Notes under the pieces: generated by a model
Told to the model about the DNA's origin: nothing
The model's input: the letters and a program-made list of their open reading frames with translations, nothing else
Databases searched by the model: none
NCBI GenBank assembly: GCA_963677925.2
Contig: CAXXYH010000004.1
Coordinates: 2,048,001-2,112,000, forward strand
Source: Spirochaetia bacterium
GTDB taxonomy: Bacteria; Spirochaetota; Spirochaetia; UBA9216
Length of the DNA: 64,000 bases
Direction: 5' to 3'
Shown: in pieces, positions 20,081 to 29,626 of the stretch
Numbering within the stretch: position 1 is the stretch's first letter
Layout: each line of letters begins with the position of its first letter
Program-made: the position numbers and the translations under genes

Positions 20081-20791
20081 TTATGCTTGTACAGAAAGCT
20101 CAAACAGCAGGCGTCTCCCGTCCATGCCCGCTTCTTCAATAAGCCCGGTTTTTCGCAGAAGCCAGGTTATCTGCCCGGCAAGCCTGAGTTTTCCCTTAGC
20201 TCCGGTTCCTGTAGAAGGGAGTTTGTCTGCCACTTCACGATTTCCGAAAGTCGGCGGCAGTTCCATAGGGAGAAGCTTAAGATAGTCTGTAAGGCCGTTA
20301 AAAGTAATTGTTTCAATAATCTCATCAAGCTGTCGATCTTCTATTGATACACCGTGTCTTCTCCATGCTCCTTTTCCGTCATCAAGGCGGATTTCTTCCT
20401 GTCTGATTAAAACGGTTTCTACTGTAAGTTTAGGCTCTGATAAAAGATCGGCTATGTATAAAAGTTCTGATGCGCAGGAGTATACGGAGCCGCGTTTTGG
20501 AGAACGCCGCTGCGATTTGAGCATCCCGTCTTCGCTGTACACGCTGATAAGTGTTTCTGCCGCCACAGGATATACCAGGCGGATACTGTGGTCCGGAAGC
20601 AGTGAACGAAGCTTTTTTTTCATACCTGAAAAGTTTCCTGTCTGGATTTCGATAAGGCCTTCAGGATTAACTATATCAATAACATAACCGTCAACTTTTT
20701 CTTCAACCAGCGAGCCTTCAGACGAATAATGTTCTTTAAGCTGTCTGTGCAGGCTTCTTTCATTGAGTCCGCCGATTATAGGGCCACTCAT
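20081..20791 (-). CDS. Hypothetical protein, possible PD-(D/E)XK-fold nuclease with C-terminal HTH
   Basis: NERSLHRQLK, GYVIDIV..LIEIQT; C-terminal FGNREVADKL..AGQITWLLRKTGLIE. Confidence 0.5.
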   Translation of the reverse strand: MSGPIIGGLNERSLHRQLKEHYSSEGSLVEEKVDGYVIDIVNPEGLIEIQTGNFSGMKKKLRSLLPDHSIRLVYPVAAETLISVYSEDGMLKSQRRSPKRGSVYSCASELLYIADLLSEPKLTVETVLIRQEEIRLDDGKGAWRRHGVSIEDRQLDEIIETITFNGLTDYLKLLPMELPPTFGNREVADKLPSTGTGAKGKLRLAGQITWLLRKTGLIEEAGMDGRRLLFELSVQA

Positions 20792-21612
20792 TTTTTGCTG
20801 TTCCTTCGTTCAAAAATAAACTCACCATACTCAGCGCAAATCGTGAATCCGGTTTTTCTGTAGCATGCTATGGCCGCTTGATTATCCTGCTTTACATTAA
20901 GTCCTGTATTGATATTCTGTTTTAGAAGTGCTCTGCATAAGGCTGCTGTTACCGTTACTCCGTATCCGCGACCCCGATATTCCGGCCGGGTTGTAATATT
21001 TCCAAGCGCGGCGGCCCTGTATTCGGGAGAATAGACATGGGTACCGGCAGTGCAGAGAAGTTTTTTACTCCGGTCATTGTCCTTGAAAATGCCGTAATAA
21101 AGATTAAGTCCAAGCATTTCAGGTTCAAACCAGTTGCCCGGATAGCTGTGTTCGTAGAGTTCAAGCAGGGCAGGTATATCTGATACAGTAAGCTTCAGGG
21201 GATATTCGGTTCCATTTACATCAGCAGAAATTTGACCGGGCATGCCGGTATCGGTGAGGGCCATTTTAAAGTGCATGTTTTCTGATTTAATTATAAAATT
21301 TTCTGCAAACAGTTTTTCAAGCCCCTGGCTCAGGTGAGCTTCAAACCTTTGGGGCTGCTGCGGAATGATTTCTTTAAGAAGTTCTTCCATTGCGGTACGG
21401 CCGGTGTTCTCATCGAATGCGAGCAGCGTCGGAGCAGTTCCACCGGTGTATATGCATACAACCGAGGAAAGTCCGGACCCTGATTCTTTCCCGTACCACT
21501 TTGTGTAGGGCAGAAAGCGTTCATCAAGGTCCCCGATCAGATACAGATACAGATATGTATTTTGCTGAAGAAATGATGCAATCCTCTCTTTGTTATCAGG
21601 CAGAATCAGCAT
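20788..21612 (-). CDS. GNAT family N-acetyltransferase (FR47-like C-terminal domain)
   Basis: LGNITTRPEYRGRGYG, LNVKQDNQAAIACYRKTGF. Start probably MLILP at 21612. Confidence 0.85.
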   Translation of the reverse strand: MLILPDNKERIASFLQQNTYLYLYLIGDLDERFLPYTKWYGKESGSGLSSVVCIYTGGTAPTLLAFDENTGRTAMEELLKEIIPQQPQRFEAHLSQGLEKLFAENFIIKSENMHFKMALTDTGMPGQISADVNGTEYPLKLTVSDIPALLELYEHSYPGNWFEPEMLGLNLYYGIFKDNDRSKKLLCTAGTHVYSPEYRAAALGNITTRPEYRGRGYGVTVTAALCRALLKQNINTGLNVKQDNQAAIACYRKTGFTICAEYGEFIFERRNSKK

Positions 21613-21613
21613 C

Positions 21614-22357
21614 TTACAAGCGGCCGGCTTCAATTATCCGCTGAAGAAACTGGTTTGTCCGCGGATGTTCCGGGTTTGAAAAAAGTTTAGAGGGTTCCGC
21701 TTCTTCCACAATCCTGCCTCCGTCAAGAAAGCATACACGGTCTGCCACATCACGGGCAAAGCCCATTTCATGTGTGACAATCAGCATGGTCATTCCCTTA
21801 TCCCTCAGTTCCTTTATAACCTTAAGCACATCCCCGATAAGTTCCGGATCCAGCGCTGCGGTAACTTCATCAAGCAGCAGCAGTTCCGGCTTTGTTGCCA
21901 TTGCTCTGGCTATTGCAACCCGCTGCTGCTGACCGCCTGAAAGCTGTTCAGGGTATGATGAACCGAAACCTGTGAGGCCGAACATTGTCAGAAGTTCTTC
22001 TGCATAGGATTCACTCTCTTTTTTTGAGATTCCATGAACCTTGCGCGGAGCCAGGGTTATGTTATCAAGGACGGTCATCGTAGGAAACAGGTTGTAGGCC
22101 TGAAATACTATACCAACCCGCTTGTAGAGCTCTACTGCGGGCATAGCTGAATCATGAATTGATAAACCGTCAATCCTGATCTCACCTTCATCGTATTCAA
22201 CAAGATCATTTACACAGCGCAGCAGTGTTGATTTACCTGAGCCCGAGGCTCCGATAAGGCAGACAACTTCATGCTCCTTCACTTTAAGGCTTACATTATC
22301 AAGGACAAGTTTATCACCATAATATTTTGTTAGATTTTCTATTTCAATGCGGTACAT
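21614..22357 (-). CDS. Polar amino acid ABC transporter ATP-binding protein (GlnQ family)
   Basis: GASGSGKST, LSGGQQQRVAIARA, DEVTAALDPEL, VTHEMGFA. Confidence 0.93.
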   Translation of the reverse strand: MYRIEIENLTKYYGDKLVLDNVSLKVKEHEVVCLIGASGSGKSTLLRCVNDLVEYDEGEIRIDGLSIHDSAMPAVELYKRVGIVFQAYNLFPTMTVLDNITLAPRKVHGISKKESESYAEELLTMFGLTGFGSSYPEQLSGGQQQRVAIARAMATKPELLLLDEVTAALDPELIGDVLKVIKELRDKGMTMLIVTHEMGFARDVADRVCFLDGGRIVEEAEPSKLFSNPEHPRTNQFLQRIIEAGRL

Positions 22358-23205
22358 CAGGAAGTCCTCTGCAGCCGACGTTCACGGTCTTTTGCTGTAA
22401 CCCAGTCGGTAAAACGGGCCATGGGAATTGTTGCAATAAGAAAAAGCAGTGCTGCTGTGATTAGAGTAGAGTAGTTGAATGTCCTGGCTGTATAGATCTG
22501 AGCCTCGCGGACGGCATCCCTGATTCCCAGAACCGAAAGCAGGGCTACATCTTTTTGGAGTGCCACGGCAAGATTAAGAAGTGAAGGAATTACGTTTCGG
22601 ACTGCCTGAGGCAGAATTGCATAGCGCAGGGTCTGCCATTGATTGAGGCCGAGTGCTTTTGCCGCGGCCCTCTGACCGTCATGAACCGAATCCATTCCGG
22701 ACCGGTATACCTCAGCCGCATATGCCGAGTAGCTTGATATCATTGCAAGCGCACCCCAGAATAAACTGCTTTTAGGCAGGCCCGGAATATTGAGCGCAGG
22801 CATCCCGAAACCGAACAGAAGTACCAGCAGCAGGGAAGGCAGACCGCGGAGCAGATCTATGTATACAACTGAAAATACCCGAAGCGGTGCAAACCACGGG
22901 CCGTGCAGCGAGCGTAGAATTGCAAGCACAAGTGCCCAGACTGCAATTACGACAAGGGCTACTCCCCAAACCGCCATGTTTATACCGAATCCGTGCAGAA
23001 CCTTCGGAAATACATCAATGATGACTTCGAGATTAAAAAACTGGGCTTTGATTCGGGGCCATTGTTCGGCCCTTATTATAACTGCTCTGAGAATCAGAAT
23101 CACTCCCAGCACGGTTGCTGTACTGATTATATGCGGTAAAACCTTATCCCGTGTTCGGAGGGATCGCCCCGTCCGCGGCTGCGGACGAGAGCGTTTTAAT
23201 CTCAT
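22357..23205 (-). CDS. Amino acid ABC transporter permease
   Basis: YIDLLRGLP, SAYAAEVYRSG..GQRAAAKALGL, ILPQAVR (EAA motif). Confidence 0.92.
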   Translation of the reverse strand: MRLKRSRPQPRTGRSLRTRDKVLPHIISTATVLGVILILRAVIIRAEQWPRIKAQFFNLEVIIDVFPKVLHGFGINMAVWGVALVVIAVWALVLAILRSLHGPWFAPLRVFSVVYIDLLRGLPSLLLVLLFGFGMPALNIPGLPKSSLFWGALAMISSYSAYAAEVYRSGMDSVHDGQRAAAKALGLNQWQTLRYAILPQAVRNVIPSLLNLAVALQKDVALLSVLGIRDAVREAQIYTARTFNYSTLITAALLFLIATIPMARFTDWVTAKDRERRLQRTS

Positions 23206-24065
23206 TCAGAAATCTCCGGTACGTCGTCTCCGCCGTACAGATATTCTTTGGCAAGCTTGTCGACAGTTCCGTCGGCAATTATTGCTTCAAGACCTTCGTT
23301 GATCCAGCCTACAAGAGGATTTCCTTTTTCAAAGATAAGTCCGTGGCCGAGATCCTTGGGATCATGGGGAAGAATTGCTGCTACTGTAGCTTCCGGAACC
23401 TGAACAGCTGTTACAAAGAGAGCTGTTGGAAGTTCTATACAGGTTGCATCAATCTGTCCGCCAAGCAGTGCCTGGAAAGTTCCAATCTGATCGTTGAATA
23501 CAGCAACATCATCAACACCGATAATATTTTCGATGTAATCGAGATCTGCTGTTCCGATTGTTGCACCCCATTTCAGCCCCTGAAGATCTGCAAAGCTTTT
23601 TGCTTTTGCAGCACCGCTTCCGGGAAGGGCAACAACAGCCTTTTCCGGCTGGTAGTAAACGATTGAAAAATCAACAAATTCCTTTCGATCTTCAGTAACA
23701 GTATACTGCTGAAGATTGAAATCATAGGGTTTTGAACCGGGCGCAATTCCCTGGTCAAATGTCTGTCTTACCCAAACAACATCTTCACGTGCAAAACCGA
23801 GTTTCTCTGCAAGGGCATAGACCATCCCGTTTTCAAAACCGATACCGGATTGCGGATCATCGTCCATCATCCATGGCGGATAAGCGGGTTCTCCGGTTGC
23901 TACGGTGAGCTTTCCCGGGGTGTAAAGTCTCGGATCATTGGGAGTATTTTCCAATGAAGCTGTATTTTCAGCGGCAGCTGCAGGTTCTTCTTTTGTTCCG
24001 CCTGCGAAAACCGGCAGCGCAAACAGGCTGACTGCAAGCAGAATAAGAATAATGCGTCGAGTCAT
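23202..24065 (-). CDS. Amino acid ABC transporter substrate-binding protein (family 3)
   Basis: Signal peptide + FAGGTKEE, LTVATGEPAYPPW, TEDRKEFVDFS, ADGTVDKLAKEYL. Confidence 0.9.
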   Translation of the reverse strand: MTRRIILILLAVSLFALPVFAGGTKEEPAAAAENTASLENTPNDPRLYTPGKLTVATGEPAYPPWMMDDDPQSGIGFENGMVYALAEKLGFAREDVVWVRQTFDQGIAPGSKPYDFNLQQYTVTEDRKEFVDFSIVYYQPEKAVVALPGSGAAKAKSFADLQGLKWGATIGTADLDYIENIIGVDDVAVFNDQIGTFQALLGGQIDATCIELPTALFVTAVQVPEATVAAILPHDPKDLGHGLIFEKGNPLVGWINEGLEAIIADGTVDKLAKEYLYGGDDVPEISE

Positions 24066-24209
24066 GTGTACCTCCTGACTTTTTTACAGTTTGAATAAAC
24101 TGTTTGTTAGAAACAGATTAGGAGTAAAAAGAGGCTGTGTCAATGCGATGGGCATTACTTTCGATTATTCTTTGATTTTCATGCTGATCATCTCTGGGTG
24201 TGCATATGC

Positions 24210-24278
24210 ACAGATGAACGTGCCATACTTACTGATACCTACGGCTGGACAATTACTGATGGAGGGCAGGAGCCCTAG
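24210..24278 (+). pseudogene. Relic C-terminus of a DUF285/BspA-type lipoprotein gene
   Basis: Frame from 24210 reads TDERAILTDTYGWTITDGGQEP*, matching the end of the 27817..29058 protein (ARAVLTGAPNNWSITDGGQE*). Upstream in-frame sequence is unrelated and hits TAG at 24108-24110. Confidence 0.65.
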
Positions 24279-24378
24279 GTATGGTATGGACTGAACGTGG
24301 CGAAAGCTTTTTAGAAAAACCGACAATCAAGAGATATATTCTTTCTGATAACTAAAAATTATTCAGGAGAAAAACGAT

Positions 24379-25317
24379 ATGAAAGGAAAAGTATGTTTGA
24401 TGCTGCTGTCTGCAGTGGTATTCTTTGCCTGTACAGAGGCTAATGTTGATAACCCAACCGCTGATCCAACCGAATCAGTTATCAATGTGCAGCTTCAGAA
24501 CTCCGGAACCGATTACAAAGTTGATTTACTTACTGTTTATCTGCAGAAAGCAGATTCTTCAGTTATAACGGCGGTGACAGATATAAACGGTGTCGCCGGG
24601 TTTACGGTTACAGAAACAGGAACCTACACCGTTATGAAGGTTGAGGGAGCCGATGCTTCATCAATGGCTGTCAGCAGTACATCAGGACGTGAGTTTGTGA
24701 AGACAAACCCGATATCTGATCCTTATCCTTTACTTGAATATTCAGTAAGCGGAATAAGTGCAGATGTCTCTTTGATGGGAGAAACCGTTGAAACAGAGGT
24801 GACGGTCCCGAAGATAAATAAAGTCAGCCCTGTTTCGGTTGAATCTCTGGTAAGCAATGATGAAGGCGATGCCGGAATACAGCTTGGGACTGCCGATTTT
24901 TCCGGCAGGATAATTATGAGCAACTGCAGCGTGAACGATGATAAATGCAGCATAGTTATCCAAAGTGACGTGAATCGCATGGTTTTATATCTGAATGCTT
25001 CAGGCAGTATAAGAGGCGGAGCTATTTATGGAATAGGTACATCAATCGGGGTTATAGACAGCTACACATCGACGGGACCCGTCAGTTTTGAAATCACCGG
25101 CACGGATGACGGTGACTGGGCAATGGGATGCAATTTGAGCTCAATTGATTTGATAACGCGCGAACTGATTGGCGGGAAAAGTTCAGATACCAATATGCCT
25201 GTTATTTACGGCGGAGCAGAGTCCGGTAAATATGCCGTTAAAACCTATTCAACAAGCGGAGGAACCGGGCATGTATATTCGCTTGATGTCCGCATCCTGA
25301 AATTCGATACTTTTTAA
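24379..25317 (+). CDS. Hypothetical beta-rich surface lipoprotein
   Basis: Lipobox VVFFAC, AGGAG RBS, Ser/Thr/Gly-rich; TDINGVAGF..GTYTV resembles an Ig/CarboxypepD-like strand. Confidence 0.7.
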   Translation: MKGKVCLMLLSAVVFFACTEANVDNPTADPTESVINVQLQNSGTDYKVDLLTVYLQKADSSVITAVTDINGVAGFTVTETGTYTVMKVEGADASSMAVSSTSGREFVKTNPISDPYPLLEYSVSGISADVSLMGETVETEVTVPKINKVSPVSVESLVSNDEGDAGIQLGTADFSGRIIMSNCSVNDDKCSIVIQSDVNRMVLYLNASGSIRGGAIYGIGTSIGVIDSYTSTGPVSFEITGTDDGDWAMGCNLSSIDLITRELIGGKSSDTNMPVIYGGAESGKYAVKTYSTSGGTGHVYSLDVRILKFDTF

Positions 25318-25343
25318 GCTGAGCAGTATTCAATGGAGTCACA

Positions 25344-26438
25344 ATGAAATATTTAAAAACAGCAGTTATAAATGCCGCCGCAATTTTACTGCTGATTTCT
25401 GCAATTTCCTGCACCCAGCCCTACCTGGTGGACTCATCCGAAGGTCCGGCAGCAGGCAACCCAGACGGAACCTATGCCGTCCCGGCTGAAGCTGCCGCAG
25501 AGGATAGCTCGCTTCCTGACCATGTAATCGGGACCGGGACTCCGGAAAGCTGTACTGCCGAAGCCTTTCTTGACGCTGTGGCAGAAGGCGGGATAATCAC
25601 CTTTAACACAGGGGGAGAGCCTGTGACAATAACCCTTGAAACTCAGGCAGTTGTGTACAATAACGCCATGCCGGATGTGGTTATAGACGGCGGCGGGCTC
25701 GTTACCCTCAGCGGCGGAGGTAAAACAAGAATCCTTTACATGAATACCTGTGATCCGGATCTTGTCTGGACAACATCCCACTGCGACAACCAGGATCACC
25801 CAAGGCTTACTGTCCAGAACATCACCTTTGCAAACGGGAACTCCACCAGTGATGACGAGTATACCGGGGGCGGGGCTATCTGGGTAAGGGGAGGCTGCTT
25901 CAAGGCTGTGAACTGCAGATTCTTCAACAATATAGCAAAGGATACCGGTCCGGACACCGGCGGCGGTGCGATAAGGGCATTCAGCCAGTACAACAATGAA
26001 CCTGTCTATATTGTAAACTGTACATTCGGCGGAAAAGAAGGATTCGGCAACAGCGCTTCAAACGGCGGCGCCATTTCAAGCATAGGTGTCTCATGGACTC
26101 TGATAAACTCTGTATTCTCATGGAATACTGCACTCGGAAACGGGGGCAACCCGGCGGAAAGCGGAACTCCGGGCGGAGGCAGCGGCGGGGCAGTTTATAA
26201 TGACGGCAACACGATAACTCTGACTATCGGCGGTTCAATCATCACTGAAAATACTGTAAATGCGTATGGAAGCGCAATTTTCTTTGTATCAAATGATCAT
26301 TCAGGAAATATAGTGATAGACTCAAGTGCAATTACCGGTAACCATGGAGGCTCATGGTATCCGGCCTATGAGGGAGTCTCGATGCACAGTGATACGCCAA
26401 TATCTGTTACAGCCTCTGCTATAGAAGATAATATCTGA
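25344..26438 (+). CDS. Lipoprotein with right-handed beta-helix (Pmp-like GGA(I/V) / FxxN repeats)
   Basis: Lipobox SAISC; GGGAIW, GGGAIR, NGGAIS, GGAVY alternating with FANGN, FFNN, FSWN. Confidence 0.7.
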   Translation: MKYLKTAVINAAAILLLISAISCTQPYLVDSSEGPAAGNPDGTYAVPAEAAAEDSSLPDHVIGTGTPESCTAEAFLDAVAEGGIITFNTGGEPVTITLETQAVVYNNAMPDVVIDGGGLVTLSGGGKTRILYMNTCDPDLVWTTSHCDNQDHPRLTVQNITFANGNSTSDDEYTGGGAIWVRGGCFKAVNCRFFNNIAKDTGPDTGGGAIRAFSQYNNEPVYIVNCTFGGKEGFGNSASNGGAISSIGVSWTLINSVFSWNTALGNGGNPAESGTPGGGSGGAVYNDGNTITLTIGGSIITENTVNAYGSAIFFVSNDHSGNIVIDSSAITGNHGGSWYPAYEGVSMHSDTPISVTASAIEDNI

Positions 26439-26466
26439 TTACAAAAAGATTATTTACGGAGAAAAT

Positions 26467-27774
26467 ATGAAAAAAATATTCAGCGTCTTTTTTATTATGC
26501 TTATTACATTATCGGCAGGCTCCTGCATTCTCTTTGATGAGGAAGCTGACGCTTTCTGTACCGATTATCCCATGAGCGTTCAGACTCTGGATACCCGTAC
26601 TGTCGAGCTTGATGGAACTGAATATGAATACCTGCTTTTAAAACTTACAGCCGAAGGCTGTGAACCCTCATATGCACAGTTTTTTCCGCCGCTTTCCGGT
26701 GAAAAATCACCTTGTAGATTACAGACCATGCCCTACGATGTAATAGACTGGACCTGGGAGGGTGAGGATATTGTTGAAGCCATAATGGCGGGAGATGGAA
26801 AAACTGACCCGGATTCAATGATATACCTGGCCAGAAGTCATCTCTCCCACGGTATCGGGGCTCTGTTTGTTTACGGAAGGTTTTACAGGGGCGGAAGTAT
26901 CATCAATGATGTGAATGATATGCTTTGCGGGCTGAAGTTTCTTGAGCAGGAAGATCTTGCCGATAATGATAAAATCGGAGTAAGCGGCGGTTCCTGGGGA
27001 GGCTTTGAGGCGCTGTATGCCTGTGCATATGCTCCATCCAATATCCGGCCATTGGCTGCCGCAATTAATTATCCGGTCAGTGATTTTGAAGCCTGGTATG
27101 ATTATGCGGCTTATCCTGAAAACTACATCAGCGATTCAGCAAAAATCAGTCAGTACCGTGACTTTTTCACTCCTTATATAGAAAGAATTGAAAAATCTAC
27201 CGGCGGAGCGCCGGCTGCAGGAGGAGCAGATTTTTCAGATTTCAGGCTTATCGATCTGGAAGCTGCTCTTGATACTGATATACTGATAATACATGACGCT
27301 TGGGATACCCTTGTTCCGGTAACCGGAACAGAAGCTCTCTATGCAGCTCTTCCGGAACTCGTGGCTCCAATGATTTTTTATCATGAATCAGCAATTGATT
27401 ATAACAGTTTTGAGCTTTCGCATATGGATCTTTTAACTGACGGCTCTGATGCGCCGGCCTACCTTACATGGATGTATATTTATCTTTATACAGCGCTTGC
27501 CGGAGAAGGTCAGGATATAATGATGATTTATGATGCGGACCGGATCGATGCTTTCTGTGATTATGTCAAAAAGTATGATGATCTCGGTTACGAGGTCGGC
27601 TGGGCGGCAGACCGCTTTCTTGAGATGTTCGATGACCGGATAACCCTTTATGAGATTAATAACGGGACATACGATAAAGCCTCTGATGTGATGACAGCGT
27701 CTTTCAATGCGGCCTGGGGAAGCTCATACTCTGCATCGGAACTTGAATCACTGCTTCAGACCGGCCTGCCATAG
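26467..27774 (+). CDS. Alpha/beta-hydrolase lipoprotein (peptidase S9/esterase-like)
   Basis: Lipobox SAGSC; nucleophile elbow IGVSGGSWGG; IIHDAWDTLVP; candidate catalytic His in ELSH. Confidence 0.7.
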   Translation: MKKIFSVFFIMLITLSAGSCILFDEEADAFCTDYPMSVQTLDTRTVELDGTEYEYLLLKLTAEGCEPSYAQFFPPLSGEKSPCRLQTMPYDVIDWTWEGEDIVEAIMAGDGKTDPDSMIYLARSHLSHGIGALFVYGRFYRGGSIINDVNDMLCGLKFLEQEDLADNDKIGVSGGSWGGFEALYACAYAPSNIRPLAAAINYPVSDFEAWYDYAAYPENYISDSAKISQYRDFFTPYIERIEKSTGGAPAAGGADFSDFRLIDLEAALDTDILIIHDAWDTLVPVTGTEALYAALPELVAPMIFYHESAIDYNSFELSHMDLLTDGSDAPAYLTWMYIYLYTALAGEGQDIMMIYDADRIDAFCDYVKKYDDLGYEVGWAADRFLEMFDDRITLYEINNGTYDKASDVMTASFNAAWGSSYSASELESLLQTGLP

Positions 27775-27816
27775 CCGCATCGTAAAACTCTGCGGCTTAC
27801 GTAAAAATAGTAAAGG

Positions 27817-29058
27817 CTATTCCTGGCCTCCGTCTGTTATACTCCAGTTATTAGGAGCCCCGGTCAGTACTGCCCTTGCCGAAGCTGCAGATGGACTGTA
27901 CTTTATGCTGTCGGCATAAAACTGCACATTGGGTTTTACTCCGGTATCCTGAGCCAGAGCCGCCCATCCTGACAGCAGGGCATTATAATTGGCTGTGGAT
28001 AACCCGCTTGAGGTGAACATATTTATCATGGTTGTTACACTGCTGATATCCCATTCGCCTAAATCCTGATCAAAAGAGGATGCGTTCCAGAACATACCGA
28101 ACATCGATTCGACATTTCCAGTGTCCCAGTCTGAGATATCCTGATTAAACAGAGCTGCATTGCTGAACATTCCTTCCATAATTATAACTTTGCTTGTGTT
28201 CCATAATGAGATATCGCTGTTGAACTTTGATGCGTATGAGAATGTATATTGAAGATACTCTACATTAGAAGTATCCCAATTATTTATACCCGGGATGTCT
28301 GTAAGAGTGCTGCAGCTTCCAAAAGCTCTTACCAGGCTTGAAGTCGTACTAAGGTCCGGAACATCCCCAGCTGTGATTGTGAGATTTGAACAGCCGTGAA
28401 ACTGCTGTGATGTGTCGCCGAAAGAAAGGTGTCCCCAGTTAGATATTTCTATAAGCTTTTCTTCATCCCCTGTATTTGCAAAAGACCAGCCTGTACATTC
28501 ACCGTCAATAATAACCTCATAGGTTCCGGTAGACGGATATGTGTGGGTTACTTCTGCCGCGTCCCATGCCGTAATGGTGTCGCTGCTTCCGTCTCCCCAG
28601 TAGGCTGTAAAGCTGTAGCTTCCGTTTGCTACGAGGGGCAGGGTAATCTGGTTGTCGGCTGAAGTTCCGGTGTTGTCTGTTTTCCAGCTTGTAAGAAATG
28701 CACTGATGACAGCGACACTAACCTCTGCGGAGCCGGACTTGGTTCCGTCTTCGCTTGCAGCTTCAACAGAAACAGTATAGCTTCCCTCCTCCCAGCGGTT
28801 ATCAAAGTTGAAAGAAGCGCCGGTTCCTGTCTCTGTTCCGTTTACTTTCCATGTATATTCCGGACTGATTTCCGTCTCCTCAATGGAAACGGAGAAACTA
28901 ATGCTTTCATGGCTGTATTTAGATGAGCCCCCTCCGCTTATACTCACAGTCAGACTGCTGTCCCCGGTATCATCTGTTCCGTCAGGAGTCTGAGGGCAGC
29001 CTGTAAAGATTATGATTACAGCCGTTAACAGTAAAAGACTTGAAAACTTTTTTCCCAT
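27817..29058 (-). CDS. BspA/DUF285 surface lipoprotein with Ig/PKD-like domains
   Basis: Lipobox IIFTGC; WGDGS..THTY PKD motif; repeats WDTSNV, WNTSKV, WDTGNV, WDISSV; ends WSITDGGQE. Confidence 0.85.
   Translation of the reverse strand: MGKKFSSLLLLTAVIIIFTGCPQTPDGTDDTGDSSLTVSISGGGSSKYSHESISFSVSIEETEISPEYTWKVNGTETGTGASFNFDNRWEEGSYTVSVEAASEDGTKSGSAEVSVAVISAFLTSWKTDNTGTSADNQITLPLVANGSYSFTAYWGDGSSDTITAWDAAEVTHTYPSTGTYEVIIDGECTGWSFANTGDEEKLIEISNWGHLSFGDTSQQFHGCSNLTITAGDVPDLSTTSSLVRAFGSCSTLTDIPGINNWDTSNVEYLQYTFSYASKFNSDISLWNTSKVIIMEGMFSNAALFNQDISDWDTGNVESMFGMFWNASSFDQDLGEWDISSVTTMINMFTSSGLSTANYNALLSGWAALAQDTGVKPNVQFYADSIKYSPSAASARAVLTGAPNNWSITDGGQE
28007..28290 (-). repeat. Four ~25-aa DUF285 repeats (~75-nt period)
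   Basis: W(D/N)xxxVxxMxxMFxxAxxF(N/D)xD(I/L)xx units in the translation. Confidence 0.75.
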
Positions 29059-29181
29059 TTTAGTTTTTCTCCTGTATTCACTTTTTATGATAAAGAAGGT
29101 AGCACAGTATTGGAAACAATCAATCCAGTAATTTAAATCTGATTTTTAATCATATAAGTCCGGAAAGAGAGCAGCATGACA

Positions 29182-29202
29182 AGGCGGGCTTTGAGCCCGC
29201 CT
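29182..29202 (-). terminator. Hairpin downstream of the thiolase-DUF35 operon
   Basis: AGGCGGGCT-TTG-AGCCCGCCT perfect 9-bp stem, 8 nt after the 29210 stop. Confidence 0.6.
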
Positions 29203-29209
29203 GTAATTA

Positions 29210-29605
29210 TCATTTCAGCTTGAAAGATACAAATTTGAATCCGTCTTTCTGAATAATTTCCATTGTCACATCCGCTGGAAGAAGATCGTATAACTCATCA
29301 ACTTTTTCAAGATCGTAATCTTCAAGTGATGCAGTGAAGGAGGTCCCTTCATCAAGTTCCACCTGTCCGATAACTTTTGGTCCATATTTGGACTGGATGG
29401 CATCCATAAAGCGCATTACAGAAAATGAGACCAGTTTTCCATGGCCCTTCATCTCAACCCACTCAAGGTTAGTATTTGAACAGTTATTACAAACAGGAAC
29501 AGGAGGGAATTCGGTAGCTCCGCAGTCAGGACACTTTTTTCCCATTATTTTTCCTTCTTCAAGATGATCATACCATTTTTTTACATGAGACTCTATCTTA
29601 ATCAT
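29210..29605 (-). CDS. Zn-ribbon / OB-fold protein (DUF35, ChsH2/PhlB-like)
   Basis: KCPDCGATEFPPVPVCNNC, GKLVSFS, GQVELDEG; follows the thiolase gene. Confidence 0.9.
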   Translation of the reverse strand: MIKIESHVKKWYDHLEEGKIMGKKCPDCGATEFPPVPVCNNCSNTNLEWVEMKGHGKLVSFSVMRFMDAIQSKYGPKVIGQVELDEGTSFTASLEDYDLEKVDELYDLLPADVTMEIIQKDGFKFVSFKLK

Positions 29606-29626
29606 TTCTAAGTTCCTCCTATGTTT

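Noticed and set aside
24091-24294. 67-aa ORF in the track
   Set aside because: No RBS and no recognisable protein character; the coding signal is in another frame (DUF285 relic).
24190-24310. Possible riboswitch or hammerhead ribozyme (CCATAC/GTATGG, ATACCTA/TAGGTAT stems, CTGATGGA)
   Set aside because: Lacks the CUGAUGA..GAAA core and any riboswitch consensus I recognise; most of it is explained as relic coding sequence. An Rfam search would settle it.
24210-27880. DGR template/variable repeat pair
   Set aside because: Differences are not adenine-specific, there is an indel, and no reverse transcriptase gene is present in the window.
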